Source of the DNA: Eledone cirrhosa
Lineage: Eukaryota
DNA: 64,000 bases
Direction: 5' to 3'
Assembly: GCA_964016885.1 (NCBI GenBank)
Contig: OZ024740.1
Span: forward strand, 229,214,001 to 229,278,000
The position numbers and the translations under genes are program-made. Every line of letters starts with the position of its first letter. Positions within the stretch are counted from its first letter, which is position 1. Of this stretch, positions 39,350-57,512 are shown one piece after another. The notes under the pieces are model-generated. The model saw only the letters and a program-made list of their open reading frames with translations, was not told where the DNA came from and did not search any database.

Positions 39350-39968
39350 GGTCGTGATCAGTGCTGAAAGGCGGGAGGATGAATTAAGTGCAAAAATTGC
39401 TGCAGCTGGTGCAATAATGCACCAGCTTCAGCATTCGGTAATAAGAAAAAGGGAGGTAGATATAAAAGCCAAACTCGCTACATTCAATTTGGCATTCATG
39501 AATCTTGGGCAATGACCGAAAGAATACAATCGCGAAAGGGGTTCCTCCGAAGAGTCTTTAGAGTAACGTTACTCGATAGAGTGCGTAACTCGGAGACCAG
39601 AAAGTCACTCCAGGTAGAGCCGCTACTTCTCCGAATTGAGAGAGCAAAGCTCAGATACTATGGACGTGTGGTTAGAATGTCTCAGGAAAGAATCGCTGAA
39701 CAAATTTTACGGGCAAAACCAACTGGCAGGAGACCCAGGGGTAGACCCCGAGCAAGAAGGTTGGATAACGTCCATGAGCTTGGCTGGTCTCACTTGGGGA
39801 TCCAGCCGGATCAGTTGGAGACGGTTGCTTCTGACATGACCTGCAGGAAGTAATATTTGAGGACTCTGCCCCAACAACTCTCTCAGGAATATGTGGGAGA
39901 AGAAGAAGAAGAAGAAGAAGAAGAAGAAGAAGAAGAAGAAGAAGAAGAAGAAGAAGAAGAAGAAGAAG
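39350..39968 (+). mobile_element. RTE-type LINE 3' part with (GAA)n tail
   Basis: FLRRVFRVTLLDRVRN...LRYYGRVVRM...GRRPRGRPR.RRLD. Same family at ~38290-38460(+), 41920-42408(-) and 48722-49275(-, with a long (TTC)n). Confidence 0.85.
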
Positions 39969-40088
39969 CATCGACGTTGACTATGAAAAATAGTCTTTAA
40001 ATTGGGCATATAAACTCTGAAGATGGGTGATGCTGTACAATTTTTTACATACATACATATGTGTGTGTATGTGTGTGTGTGTGTCTAT

Positions 40089-40771
40089 TCTAGGGTGGGT
40101 AAAATTCCCGAGATCCATGGATGAGTTCTTTCCAGCGGTCTCTGTCCCTCATTATCGTTGCCATGTCCTGCGTCTCCAACAGACCAGTGTCTGCCCTTAG
40201 GGCATCAACATACGTTAACCTTGGTCTTCCTCTTCCAGTGTGTCCATGGGGCTGAGAATGAATGAGACTAAAACAAAATATCTGGTAGAGAATGTTGAGA
40301 AGCCAGAGGGGGTCATTAATGTAGGCGGGAAGCCGCTAGAATTGGTTGAGGACTTCCTGTATTTGGGAGCAAAGATTGGGAATACGGAGGATGATGTGGT
40401 TGAGAGGAAGAGCAAAGCCTGGGCGGCATGCCACAGCTTGAGATCGGTGTGGAAGTCGGACCTTCGTAAAGACCTGAAAATCCGCCTCTTCATTGCTGTA
40501 GTGGAGTCTGTGCTGCTGTACAGGTCTGAGACTTGGACACTGACCAAGAAACTCACTCAGATGATGGATGGATGCTACACGAGAATGCTGAGGATGGCCC
40601 TGAATATTAATCAGTATACACTGAGGATGAAAAACTCAGAGCTGTATGGGAGCCTCCCAAAAGTCAGCTCAAAAGTGACACAGAGGAGACTGAGGTTATC
40701 TGGACATGCTCACCGACATCCAGAGTTGACATTGCACTCAGTGCTCCTGTGGGAGCCCCTACATGGAGACA
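40089..40771. mobile_element. 5'-inverted (twin-primed) RTE-type LINE insertion
   Basis: Minus part (40089-40248) begins HGHTGRGRPRL and the plus part (40246-40768) ends LLWEPLHG. Probable TSD tgtgtgtctat at 40078-40088 and 40772-40782. Confidence 0.85.
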
Positions 40772-41038
40772 TGTGTGTCTATGTGTGTACATAATGTATT
40801 ATTCCGTGTTCGTTCATGTCTTAGTATGCGTGTAAACTGTGTAGGGTTTTGAGAAGTGTAATTATATGTATGTTTGTGTGTGTGTGAGTGTATGTGTGAG
40901 TGTCTATGTAAGCCTTCGTACATGCCTGTGCACTCATGTAAGTCTATGTATATGTTTGTGTATGCTGGTTTATGTATCTAACTTGTATGTCTGTATGTAT
41001 ATTTGCATGCATATATATATATATACACACATACATAA

Positions 41039-41115
<77 letters not shown>

Positions 41116-41132
41116 TATATACAAATAAATAA

Positions 41133-41186
<54 letters not shown>

Positions 41187-41306
41187 GAATATTATATATA
41201 TATATATAATATATATATTATATATATTAAATGCATATATATATGTATATATATATGTGTGTGTGTATGTATGTATGCATGTGTGTATATATATGTATAT
41301 ATATAT

Positions 41307-41368
<62 letters not shown>

Positions 41369-41407
41369 TGCATACATATGTGTATATATATATATGTGTG
41401 TGTGTGT

Positions 41408-41474
<67 letters not shown>

Positions 41475-41823
41475 ATTATATGTATGTATGTGTTTATGTA
41501 TGTATGATACTTTATGGCCAATAACGAAAGAGTTGTCGTTGTTATTGTTATTGTTGTTATTGTTATTATTATTTATATTTCCTCTTGCGTCTGCCTCGTC
41601 TGCTGACGTTGTTAAGTACAGTGGGGGTTGATAATTTTTCTCACCCTGCTCTATTTCACGTCCCAGACAGCAAAAAAAGAAACAAGACGAAAAGTGACAT
41701 GTTGGTAGGGTGTGTGGCGGGTGTGTGACGGGTGGCGTAGGAAGGGTTTTATTTGGGAAAAACGGGTGGGATATATGAAAGTATAAAAATGAAACATATT
41801 GGATATGAACGATATATTATTAT

Positions 41824-41870
<47 letters not shown>

Positions 41871-42658
41871 ATATATATATATACATATATATGTAATATA
41901 CTCCGAGGGAGTGAACGTTCCTGATCTTCTTCTTCGCCCACTTATTCCTGAGAAGATCGTGGTGCAGAGTCCTCAAACACTCCTACCAGCGGGTTTTGTC
42001 AGAAGCAACCGTCTCCAACTGATCCGGCTGGACCCCAAGCGAGATCAGTCACGCTCTTGGATGTTATCCAACCATTTTGCTGAGTCTCCTGCCGGTTGGT
42101 TTTGCCCGTATAATCTGTCCAGCGATTTTTCCTAAGACATTCTAACCACATGCCAATAGTATCGGAGCTGTGATCTCCCAATTTGGAGAAGTAGTGGCTC
42201 TACCTGGAACGACTCGCTGATCTCCGAAAGCTACACACTTTATCGAATAACGTTACTCCAAAGATCCTTTGGAGGAACCCTATTTCGGCCGCTTGTATTT
42301 GCGATCGTATTCTTTCGGTCATTACTAAGGGTTGGCACGAATACCGAATTGAAGATAGTGAATAGTGCTTTTATGCCTACTTCCCTTCTTCTGATTACTG
42401 AATGCTGATGACGGATAAAAATCCAGAAACAATATCACGTGTTTGTACGTTTATTATAAATAGACTTATCGTATGTCTTCATACAGAATATATTGCTTCA
42501 TATGCTCTATTATGAGATTACATAATTTTCTCTTCCATCCCCTCGTTACCATATCTTCGCTGAACCAGTCAATGAACGAACATTTACGTGACCGCTTAAC
42601 TTGCTAGATATAGCAACCAAAATCTCCTTCTCCGAAAAAGGGCACAATGTATAATGTA

Positions 42659-42856
42659 CGAGGATCGGCTGAAAGGTTCATAGGCTGACCAAGATACTCT
42701 CCTGGAATGACCAAATGAGGTTTATTTTTTAACATAATCCCTGGAAAGCAACAATGCAGTTATTAATAAGAAAAGTTGAATTTAATGCATGCAAAATTTC
42801 ACAGCTCTAGCATCACTATTTCATAATAAGCCTATAAACTTTTCAACCGACCCTTG
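42659..42856. mobile_element. Mariner-type MITE
   Basis: TA-cgaggatcggctgaaaggttcataggct ... agcctataaacttttcaaccgacccttg-TA. Partial copies at ~32060-32122 and ~32402-32445. Confidence 0.75.
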
Positions 42857-43247
42857 TAGTTTGCGAGTATTAAATTTGCAGCTCTTTCTCTTCTTGGGTG
42901 GTTGACCTAACCCCGCCACACAGTTTAATATCTCCATCTGGTCCTTGGATGAGTTGAAAGAGATAGAGTAAGAGAGAGGAAGACAAAGAAACAAAGAAGC
43001 ATGCTGAGAAAGAGAGAAACTAATTAAAAATGAAAGACAGAGATTGAGAGATACCAAAATAAGCAAAGTAAGAGAGAGAGGCGGGGGGGGGGGAAGAAGG
43101 AGAGAAATAAAACAAGAGTAAGAGAAAGAGAGAAAGAGATAAAGACAGTAAGAAATATGGACAGTGTGAGACAGAGTGAGGGTGGGTGAGATAGAGAAAG
43201 AGAAACTGAACGAGAGACAAGGGGAAAATGAGAACGAGTGTGGGCGT

Positions 43248-43311
<64 letters not shown>

Positions 43312-43390
43312 TGTTTCTTTATTAGCCACAGGGGCACAACAGAAGGGGACAAATACAAAGGGTGAAGTTTATATACAATAAAAACGTGTA
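43312..43390 (-). mobile_element. Tx1-like LINE 3' tail abutting (GATA)n
   Basis: Minus strand ctttgtatttgtccccttct...gtggctaataaagaaacat, then (atct)n; matches the 3' end at 30430-30480. Confidence 0.65.
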
Positions 43391-43565
43391 AAATATTATC
43401 ACAAATGCAATTTAAAAGTTAATCGATTTTCGAGAATGAGAGTGCGTGCGTGATATATATATATATAGTAATAATAATAAATGTGAAGACTAAAATCCAA
43501 AGAGGGTTCGATAAAGATAAATATATATCAAATATATAAAAACCATAGAGCAAATATTTATTAAA

Positions 43566-43819
<254 letters not shown>

Positions 43820-43973
43820 TCAGTTTCGGATCTAGCTGTCGAAACGGCCGGAGCTCAGCCGTCGGGCTCCTGAATCTTTTCCTATTACCCACTCTACTAC
43901 ATCAAGTATCGAGTACTCTGTTGGGTTATGGTCCATCTGGTATTTTACCACACCCTATCTGATATATATATAC

Positions 43974-44023
<50 letters not shown>

Positions 44024-44642
44024 CATTATAAAGAGAGAAGAAACATTAGATATAATTAATAAGATATACCATACCCAAATTCCTTCGTTACTCCTCGACT
44101 ACGTAGTTTCGTGGCATATTATGCAAAAACACTGCATTATATAGCTCTGATACTGAATCAATCTAATCCATTCGGATTATTTTGTCCCAATTATTCATAG
44201 AGCAACATCGGTAGAGGTTGGCACTAATTCAAGGATATATGTGGATAGATTCAAGTATATGTGTGTGTCCGCATATAACTGCGGTAAGAACATTTTTTCT
44301 TATATCAAAGTTTAATGGGCATCCACTGATGATTTATAAGTGCCCACCTACATATATTCTTACAGAAAAATATGTTAGGCTTCTACATAAACTGGAAACA
44401 TTCTCCCAACTTGTAGAAAACTTATAATGAAACAATTGTTTGGAAAGAGAGATATATTTTAATTTTAATTATATCTCATAAAATAATACAACTGGCTTTC
44501 CACAAAATACATATAGTTAGCACCCCAAACACTAAATTGGGATTATACTAACGTATATCCTAATGTTTGTTGAGTGAGATGGTTACCAGTCAGAGTTTAG
44601 CTTAAAGCTTTCTCTGTTATTGTATTAAATATATAATATATA

Positions 44643-45026
<384 letters not shown>

Positions 45027-45080
45027 GATTGATAGAGAAAGTGACAAAGTAATAGAGAGTGAGAGTGAGAGATAGATAGT

Positions 45081-45133
<53 letters not shown>

Positions 45134-45259
45134 GGTAACAAAATAAGGGAGAGACAATGCTGGAGGTGAAAATGAAGTGAGAAGTGAAAGAGAAATATGG
45201 AGGAATGACCTAATTCTAGCGAAGTTGATAATGAGGAAATGTGAGCGTATGAAGAGGTT

Positions 45260-45385
45260 TAGGTTGTTGTTGTTATTGTTGTCGTGATTGCTGTTGTGGC
45301 TGTGATTGTTATTGTTGTTGTTGTTGTTGTTGTCGTGATTGCTGTTGTGGCTGTGATTGTTATTGTTGTTGTTGTTATTGTTGTT

Positions 45386-45447
<62 letters not shown>

Positions 45448-46086
45448 CGCAATAGTAGTAGTAGTAGTCGTAGTAGTAGTAGTAGTAGTAGCAGTAGTTG
45501 TAGTAGCAGTAGTTGTAGTAGTAGTTGTAGTAGTAGCAGTAGTTGTCATTGTTATTGTTATATCTGTTGTTGTTGTTATTGTGGTTGTCATTGTTGTAGT
45601 TGTTGTTTTTCACGTTGTCATCGTCGTCGTCGTTGTTGCTGTTGTTGTTGTTGTTGTAGTTGTTGTAGTTGTAGTTGTAGTTGTTGTGGTAGTTGTTGTA
45701 GTTGTTGTTGTAGTTGTTGTAGTTGTAGTTGTAGTTGTTGTGGTAGTTGTTGTAGTTGTTGTTGTAGTTGTTGTAGTTGTTGTAGTTGTAGTTGTAGTTG
45801 TTGTGGTAGTTGTTGTAGTTGTTGTTGTAGTTGTTGTAGTTGTTGTTGTAGTTGTTGTTGTAGTTGTTGTTGTAGTTGTTGTAGTTGTTGTAGTTGTAGT
45901 TGTAGTTGTTGTGGTAGTTGTTGTAGTTGTTGTAGTTGTTGTAGTTGTAGTTGTTGTTGTAGTTGTTGTTGTAGTTGTTGTTGTAGTTGTTGTTGTAGTT
46001 GTTGTTGTAGTTGTTGTTGTAGTTGTTGCTGTCGTAGTTATTGTTGTCGTTGTTGTAGTTGTTATTGTTGTTGTTGTTGGTGTTGC

Positions 46087-46161
<75 letters not shown>

Positions 46162-46360
46162 CGTTGTTGTTGTAGTTGTTGCTGTTGCTGCTGTTGTTGT
46201 TGTTGTAGTTGTTGTCGTTGTTGTTGTAGTTGTTGGTGTTGCTGCTGTTGTTGTTGTTGTAGTTGTTGTTGTTGTTGTAGTTGTTGTTGTTGTTGTTGTA
46301 GTTGTAGTTGTTGTTGTTGGTGTTGCTGTTGTTGTTGTTGTCGTTGTTATTGCTGCTGCT
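45260..46360. repeat. (GTT)n/(GTA)n compound microsatellite
   Basis: Directly visible. Confidence 0.95.
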
Positions 46361-46609
46361 ACCAATGCCGCTTTATTGCTACTTTTGCAGATCCTGTAAC
46401 TTGTGCTAAGGTCTGTGTTTGTAGGTGTTGGATACTAGCCCCAGTAGCCCTGGGTTAGGTCTTACTGAGAAAGCAATGATCAACAGCGTTACAAGCTTCA
46501 CCACTCTATCTTCATGCGTTTTGCTTCGCTTTTCCTGCCCGCCGAAAATGCGATTCTCGCTGAATCTTTATTTTATTTGTATATATATATATATATATAC
46601 ATATATATA

Positions 46610-46657
<48 letters not shown>

Positions 46658-46794
46658 AACGATCGACTTTCGTCAAATCGGACCGAGGGAACAATGTTTC
46701 CGTTGGTCTTTCCAATTGCTAATACTATCTATCGGTCGCAACTCCAGGTAGAAGATATATATATATATATATATAATATATATTATATATATAT

Positions 46795-46875
<81 letters not shown>

Positions 46876-47042
46876 AAAGTTCTATTTAAATTGTTGGGAT
46901 ACAACAAGCAAATATTTTTATAACTGATATAAAGCACTCGACAAGTATTTGGAGTAAATATACTATCCTGATGTCTTCCAAAAGTAACGGTCGCATTTTG
47001 AAAGGGTACGTCAATGTTTATTTATAAAACTGGTATATATTG

Positions 47043-47107
47043 TATTTTATCTGATGAAGGCACACCATAATTTAACATGGTATCCTTGAAATATGTATAA
47101 TGAAATA
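47043..47107 (+). ncRNA. Type I hammerhead ribozyme (imperfect stem II)
   Basis: Stem I tattttat/atgaaata; CTGATGA 47051-47057; agg..accat/atggt..cct; GAAA 47088-47091; self-complementary atatgtat; AUA site, predicted cut after A47099. Confidence 0.65.
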
Positions 47108-47304
47108 AATATGGTTTTATAAATATAGTTTCCATTTATTAATATCGTATATATATATATATATATATATGTAGATAAATCTACCAAGAGTTTACGGTAG
47201 TGTCCAATCCGTATGAAGAACTCAATGTATTCCGGATATCATGGAAAGAAGAGATGTAATGAAAAACCACTTTCGGTGAAAGATAAACGGTATACAGAGT
47301 CAAG

Positions 47305-47638
<334 letters not shown>

Positions 47639-47668
47639 TCAATATATATATAAAGAGAGAGAGAGAGA

Positions 47669-47741
<73 letters not shown>

Positions 47742-47855
47742 TAAGATAGATAGATAGATGGATAGATAGATCTGATAAGTAATCTCTAAGAACTAGATGG
47801 CTGAAACATTTCCTCATAAGACTGACATATACATGTGTGTGTAAATATTAATATA

Positions 47856-47889
<34 letters not shown>

Positions 47890-47992
47890 TTCATATATAT
47901 ATATATATATATATGAATGTATATGTGTGTGTGTGTGTGTGTGTGTAAATATTAATATATGCACACACACACACACACACACATATACATTC

Positions 47993-48039
<47 letters not shown>

Positions 48040-48720
48040 TGCAGTGTATCTTGGACTACATTATCTACGGTGTCCTTCCGTCCTGTTGTCATTGTTGTTT
48101 AACCCTGATACAGCAGGCCTGCGATCAAAGGAGATCCAGCTGTGACCATCCCATGCTTTTTCTTTCTTTTACCAGTCATGTTTATATTTTTATGTATTTA
48201 TTTCTCGGATAGTAACAGGGGTCAACAACCAAAGCCCGAGGGCCAAATCCGGGCCCGTAGCTTCATCTCATCCAGTTCGCTAACTTTATTGGATATGTAA
48301 CGTTGAATGAAAGATCTATTGTTTTCCTTATCAATCTTTGGTTAGCAAACATTAATCTATTTTCTCCTATCGTGCTGTTCTCTTGATGTTGTTATAACCC
48401 TGCTATTGTGTTATTTTCACTGTTCTAATTCGTCCATATACAATATTGTGTGTTGATTGTCTAAGCCTGCTGTGGCTTAGTAAAAGAAATATTTTTATTA
48501 ACGTAATTAAACACTGATATGGAATTAAGATACGTATTCTCTATCGGTTATTATGTATGTTACCGGTGATTGACATTAATTTTATTCTATGTTAAATGCT
48601 TTTACGTTTGGTACGAGGCTAGCAATTTGAAGGGAAGCGGGAAAAAACGATTAAATTGATCCCATTGCGTTGGTGGTGCTTTAGTTTATCTGAGACTAAA
48701 TAACAACAACAACAACAACA

Positions 48721-48751
<31 letters not shown>

Positions 48752-49539
48752 CTTCTTCTTCTTCTTCTTCTTCTTCTTCTTCTTCTTCTTCTTCTTCTTC
48801 TTCTTCTTCTTCTTCTTCTTCTTCTTCTTCTTCTTCTTCTTCTTCTTCTTCTTCTTCTTCTTCTTCTTCTTCTTCTTCTTCTTCTTCTTCGTCCACTTAT
48901 TCATGAGAATGTCCTGAAACACTTCTTCCAGCGGGTCTAATAAGGAGCAACCAACTCCAACTGATCCGACTGGATACCCAAGCGAGAACAGCCAAGCTCA
49001 TGGAAGTTATCCAGCTGTCTTGCTCGGGGTCTACTCCTGGGTATCCTGCCGGTTGGTTTTGCTCGTAAATTCTGTTCAGCGATTCTTTCCTGAGACATTT
49101 TAACGACATAATATCTGAGCTGTGATCACTCAATTCAGAGAAGTAGCGGCTCTACATGGAGTGACTCTCTGATCTCGAGCTACGCACTCTATCGAGTATC
49201 GCTACTCTAAATACTCTTCGAAGGAACCCCATTTCGGCTGCTTGTATTCGGGATCGTATTCTTTCGATTCATGACCATGCTTATATACAAATTCATAATT
49301 GTTTATCCTGCCAATCCAGCTCCCTTGAATGTTAAAAATGGAAAAGATTAGAGTAATTTAAAAACACAAGCTGTTTTCATAACCCTCGCATGATCACGGT
49401 TTCACTTTTTATTGCCCTCGCCCCCACCTCTCTTTCTCTCTCTGAAAGAAACCGAATGTTCCAACTTGAAGAGCCCATCATGTATGTATGTATGTATGTA
49501 TGTATGTGGTAAATATCATATTGGTTAAGAGAGTGGGAC

Positions 49540-49805
49540 TGGCTTTGTGCAGTGCTTTTGCTCACTATAAAAGCTTCATGGCACAGGCATTTCTTTATAT
49601 CTGGAGATCTCTCTGCACTTGTCGTCACATGGTACCATGGGCCCAGCACTGTGTGTCAGTAATTGTCACAAGTGTAGTGTTTGTACCAGAGTTTTCAAGT
49701 CGCTGGCTGGACTAAAAAGTCACACTCGTTCAGCGCATCGGTAGGGGTTCTCCTACGTGGATATAAAGTAGTGGCCGTACGCGAAAACGAGTTGGCAGCC
49801 ACCAT
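49540..49805 (+). mobile_element. RTE-type LINE 3' end with C2H2 finger
   Basis: HKCSVCTRVF..LAGLKSHTRSAH with a frameshift. The tail ggccgtacgcgaaaacgagttggcagcc resembles 51373-51403. Confidence 0.6.
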
Positions 49806-49904
49806 GTATGTATATATATGTATGTATATATACATATATATGTGTGTGTGTGTGTATGTGTGTGTGTGTATGTATGTGTGTGTGTACATATATGTACATG
49901 GACT

Positions 49905-51405
<1,501 letters not shown>

Positions 51406-52219
51406 TTATTTATGTATATGTATATGAGACAATTTTAGCACACGTTTTTCCCGTGCATTTGCCAGACAATGCGATCAATGTATATATATGTATGTGTGTG
51501 TTGTCGGCATTAGTTCTTGGTCAGACCTAATTAAACTGATTTATGATCAAAGCCATTCTAGGTGTGACGATCTCATTTTTTTTTTCAGAACTAATTTCTA
51601 GGACTCAATGATTTAATGTCATATCCTTTAAAAAGAAATAGGATGTAATTGAAGGGAAAATGACTAAAAGTTCTAGGAGCCAGAGCGACCAACTGCAAGC
51701 TGCATGCATGGCCCGTCACTTCTAACTGAGTTGTAGGGGCACCGCAGCTGCCTACGATATTTCTTGGACATTTTAAGCCTCTTCAGATCTGAGCGCAGCA
51801 GATTTCTTCCAGAGAAGGATAGAAATCGAGAAAAAGTGGGAGGGAAAAAGAGATATAGAGAAAGAATCGACCCCAGTACAAGACTGGTACATTTTTAACT
51901 GACCTCAGAAGGAAACTGCAAGCTATGTCACTAATAAAAAGAGGAAATGGAGAGAAGAAAGAAAAAAAAAAAGAAATGAGAAGAAATTGAAATGGTGGTT
52001 GGTAACTTTGCACTGAATGATATATCTCCATTGCACCGCGCACACAAGATAGTGTAAAACAACCAGCCATTGCCACTATACCAGCTATCCCACTTCAGCT
52101 GACACACTTCTCAGACCTGGTGCCCTCCTCTATATTTGGTGGAGGAAAAACTGCAATCCAGGAACCAAGGACACTAGGGATTCACGTTGTTATCGGTGTT
52201 GCTGTTATTTCGATTGTTC

Positions 52220-52223
52220 ACTG

Positions 52224-52279
<56 letters not shown>

Positions 52280-52348
52280 ACACCACCACCACCAGAACTA
52301 CCACTACATCCCCTACAAATACTACTACTATTTCTGCTGCCACTAGAA

Positions 52349-52429
<81 letters not shown>

Positions 52430-54276
52430 ACACCACCACCACCAGAACTACCACTGCAACCCCTACAAATACTACTACTATTTCTGCTGCCACTAGAACT
52501 ACCACTACAGCCAGCACCATGACCACCAGAAGCATTACCACCACAACCATCACTATCGCCACCACCACCACCACCACCACCATCACCTCCAACAACACCA
52601 CCACTACTACCACCACCAGCACCACCACCACTACCACCACCACTACTACCACCACCAGCACCACCACCACTACCACCACCACTACTACCACCACCAGCAC
52701 CACCACCACCTCCAGCACCAACACCATCACTACCACCACCACCACTACTACCACCACCACCACCATCACTACCACCACCAACACCATCACTACCACCACC
52801 ACCACTACTACCACTACCAGCACCACCATCACCACCAGCACCAACACCATCGCTACCACCACCACCACTACTACCACCACCACCACCACCACCATCACCT
52901 CCAGCACCAACACCATCGCTACCACCACCACCACTACTACCACCACCACCACCATCACCTCCAGCACCAACACCATCGCTACTACCACCACCACTACTAC
53001 CACCACTAGCACCACCATCACCTCCAGCACCACCACCACTACTACCACCACCACCACTACTACCACCACCAGCACCACCATCACCTTCAGCACCAACACC
53101 ATCACTACCACCACCACCACTACTACCGCCACCACCATCACCTCCAGCACCAACACCATCACTACCACCACCACCACTACTACCACCACCACCACCACTA
53201 CTACCATCACCACCACTACTACCACCACCACCACCACCATCACCTCCAGCACCAACACCATCGCTACTACCACCACCACTACTACCACCACCAGCACCAC
53301 CATCACCACCAGCACCAACACCATCACTACCACCACCACCACTACTACCACCACCACCACCACCACTACTACCATCACCACCACCACCATCACTACCACC
53401 ACCACCACCACCATGGTGTCTGACGCTCTACCGATAATTTCAAACCACTGCCCTTAATACCAACACCATCGTCATCAGCACCACTTCAAACTACAACAAT
53501 AACACCACTACCGATCCCACCATCACAATAATGATTTATTTCTATAAGTACAGCAACAGCCCCCCACCCCCCGCGCGCCTCAACCACCACCACCACCACC
53601 ATCAACAGCCCCTCTACCACCACCACCAACAACAAAAACTCCACTACCACTACCACTACCACCGCCACACCCAACAATTATGACCCCTTCATCATCACCA
53701 TCATCAACACCAACAACTACCACCACCGCCATCACCACACCATCAATACCAACACCAACAACTACCACCACCACCACCATCACCATCACTACCACCAGCA
53801 ATACAAATAATTACCACCACCACCACCACCTCAACATCACCAACACCACCACCACTACCACCTTGACCACTACCATCACCACCACCATCACCTCCAGGAC
53901 CAAAACAACCACTAACAACTCCACCATCACCAACACCATTACTACCGCCACCATCACTTCCAGCCCCCCCCCCCCCCCCCTCGCCTCCAGTGCCCCCCCC
54001 AAACACCACCACCACGACCAACACCGCCACTACCACCTCCACCACTACCACCACCATCACCTCCAGCACCAACACCACCACCTCCGCCACCACCACCACT
54101 ACCACCTCCACCACCTCCACCACCACCACCACCAACACCACCATCGCCATCACCACCACCACCACCACCACCACCACCAACACCACCATCACCATCACCA
54201 CCACCACCACCAACAACAACACCACCACCCTTACAACCACCACCACCACCACTACCACCACCACCACCACCACCAC
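52220..54276. repeat. (ACT)n/(ACC)n compound trinucleotide region
   Basis: Directly visible, with internal block duplications. Confidence 0.9.
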
Positions 54277-55639
54277 TAGGTTCTATTTAAACATCTGTGC
54301 CTCCGTTCTGTCGTTGCTTTTACTTGACATGTTACAGAGGTCAGCAGATATGGAAGACTTTTTATGACACTGTATGTGTCTCTGTATGTGTATGTGTATG
54401 CGTGTGTGTGAGTGTGTGTGGGGCTGTGTATCTGCGAGTGTGTGGGGCTGTGTATGTGTGGGGGTCTATGTGCCTGTGTATGTGTATAATTGTATGACAC
54501 AGGGTGTGTGTGTGCGTTTGTGCGTTTGTGTATATGCGTGGGTGTCTTTATACATATGTATGTGTATCACTGTGTGACTCAGTCTGTGTGTGTATTTGTG
54601 TATGTGTTCGTATGCGTGTGTGTTTGCGTATGTATTCATGCGTGTGTGTATGTGTATGTGTATATGCGTGGGTGTCTTTATACATATGTATGTGTATCAC
54701 TGTGTGACTCAGTCTGTGTGTGTATTTGTGTATGTGTTCGTATGCGTGTGTGTTTGCGTATGTATTCATGCGTGTTGGCGTATGTGACTGATATTTTTCG
54801 CAGTGTCTGTGTATCTGTGTATATGTATTCCTGTGCGCATGTGTGTGTGTGTCTGTATGTGTGTATGTACTTTCGGGTTTATGTGCACGTGTGTGTGATT
54901 GAGTATGTAAACTGTGTCACTCTGTGGTTATGTGTACCTATGTGTGTGAGTGAATGTGTTTGTATGACTCTGTATTTTAGTGGGTCTCAGCACCATATTT
55001 TCCAGTGTATAAGGCGCACTTATAGTACTCTAAAATCTCCCTGCGTCAAATACACCGAAGGTATAAATATATTGGCAGTATCAATAGGGGATCGGGAACC
55101 ATGCTTTGCAGTATAGAGTTACGGCCCTTTAAGGTCAGAGTTCAGACCCCGCCGAGGTTAACTTTGTTTTTTATCCTTACGGGGTCGATAAAATAAAGTA
55201 CCAGTAATGCACTGGGATAATTGCTGGCCATGCGTCAAAAAGTAGAAACAATTATTACTATTTTTGTTGTTGTTATTGTTGTTATTTGGACGTAGCAGGA
55301 AACAAAATAACTAGCAATACAATACCCCCCTCCCTCCACACACACATACATAAACAAAATTCCGTACTTTTGAATGTTTGGTTTCTTCCACAAGCACCTT
55401 CCCTTGACTATTAAACACAACAGACATGAATTGCTACTGTCCATATTCACTGAACCACGGCACTCCCGTTTATTTGGCGCGAAAGTACCACCAAAATCGG
55501 TTCCTAATCACCTAATAATTGTTTCTACTTTTGGCACAAGGCCAGCAATTACTCAGTGTATAACTGGTACTTTATTTTATCGACCCCGTAAGGATGAAAG
55601 GCAAAGTTAACCTCGGCAATCCTCAGCCTATGAAATTAA

Positions 55640-55907
55640 ATTTCAAATATATAGCATTTTTTTGTATAAAAGTGGAATAAACATATAGCATTTTTTTGTA
55701 TAAAATTGGAACAAACATATAGCATTTTTTTGTATAAAATTGGAATAAACATATAGCATTTTTTTGTATAAAATTGGAATAAACATATAGCATTTTTTTG
55801 TATAAAATTGTAACAAACATATAGCATTTTTTTGTATAAAATTGGAACAAACATAGCATTTTTTTGTATAAAATTGGAACAAACATAGCATTTTTTTGTA
55901 TAAAATT
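55640..55907. repeat. 34-bp AT-rich tandem repeat, ~8 copies
   Basis: Unit aaacatatagcatttttttgtataaaattggaat. Confidence 0.9.
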
Positions 55908-56180
55908 CTAACTGATGTTAGACATTTCTAACATCAGTTAGATGCGAGTTACAAGTCGGCATAGCCATACATGTCTCCATCTATCTTAACTTTTGAAAAT
56001 CATGAAACCAATAAAGTTTATGAATTATTGTAAAGTGGTGCCCCAGCATGGCCTCTGCCCGATGGCTGGAACAGGTAAAAGATTAAAAGAGTAAAACTTT
56101 CTTTAAGACTGCAATTGTATTTTCAACATCCTTTTCATGTATCTATAAATACTAGCGCACAGTATCATGTACATAGATCA

Positions 56181-56286
56181 GTATTCTGATGATTTGGTCG
56201 GGTATTTACTGTAATTAAAATCGAGTAACGTAGCATCTTGCGAACAGCGCTTCTAAGACACACCGGACTAATAAACGCTATTGTAC
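56181..56286 (+). ncRNA. Degenerate homologue of the 728-838 hammerhead
   Basis: gtatt-CTGATGA-tttggtcggg...ccggactaat with a similar loop (tgtaat..atcgagt.acg..gcga). The G of GAAA and the stem I partner are lost. Confidence 0.5.
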
Positions 56287-56313
56287 AGCCGGCCACGTTA
56301 TTCTTCACTCATT

Positions 56314-56379
<66 letters not shown>

Positions 56380-56481
56380 GCCATTTCTATATTAAACTAT
56401 ATTAAATATTTATACATTTATACTCTGCTATGTATTGAGTACCTTACTTACTGTGGTTACCCCCCGATAAACCCGGGATAA

Positions 56482-57512
<1,031 letters not shown>

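Noticed and set aside
52120-54367. Mucin-like poly-Thr and poly-His ORFs
   Set aside because: Trinucleotide slippage keeps frames open; no supporting splice or domain evidence.
54339-54372. Possible 34-nt plus-strand microexon (ttacag...gtatgt)
   Set aside because: Too short to assess and no partner exons.
54530-54775. ~128-bp tandem duplication (similar ones at 47835-48000 and 63850-63958)
   Set aside because: Ordinary local duplications in low-complexity DNA.
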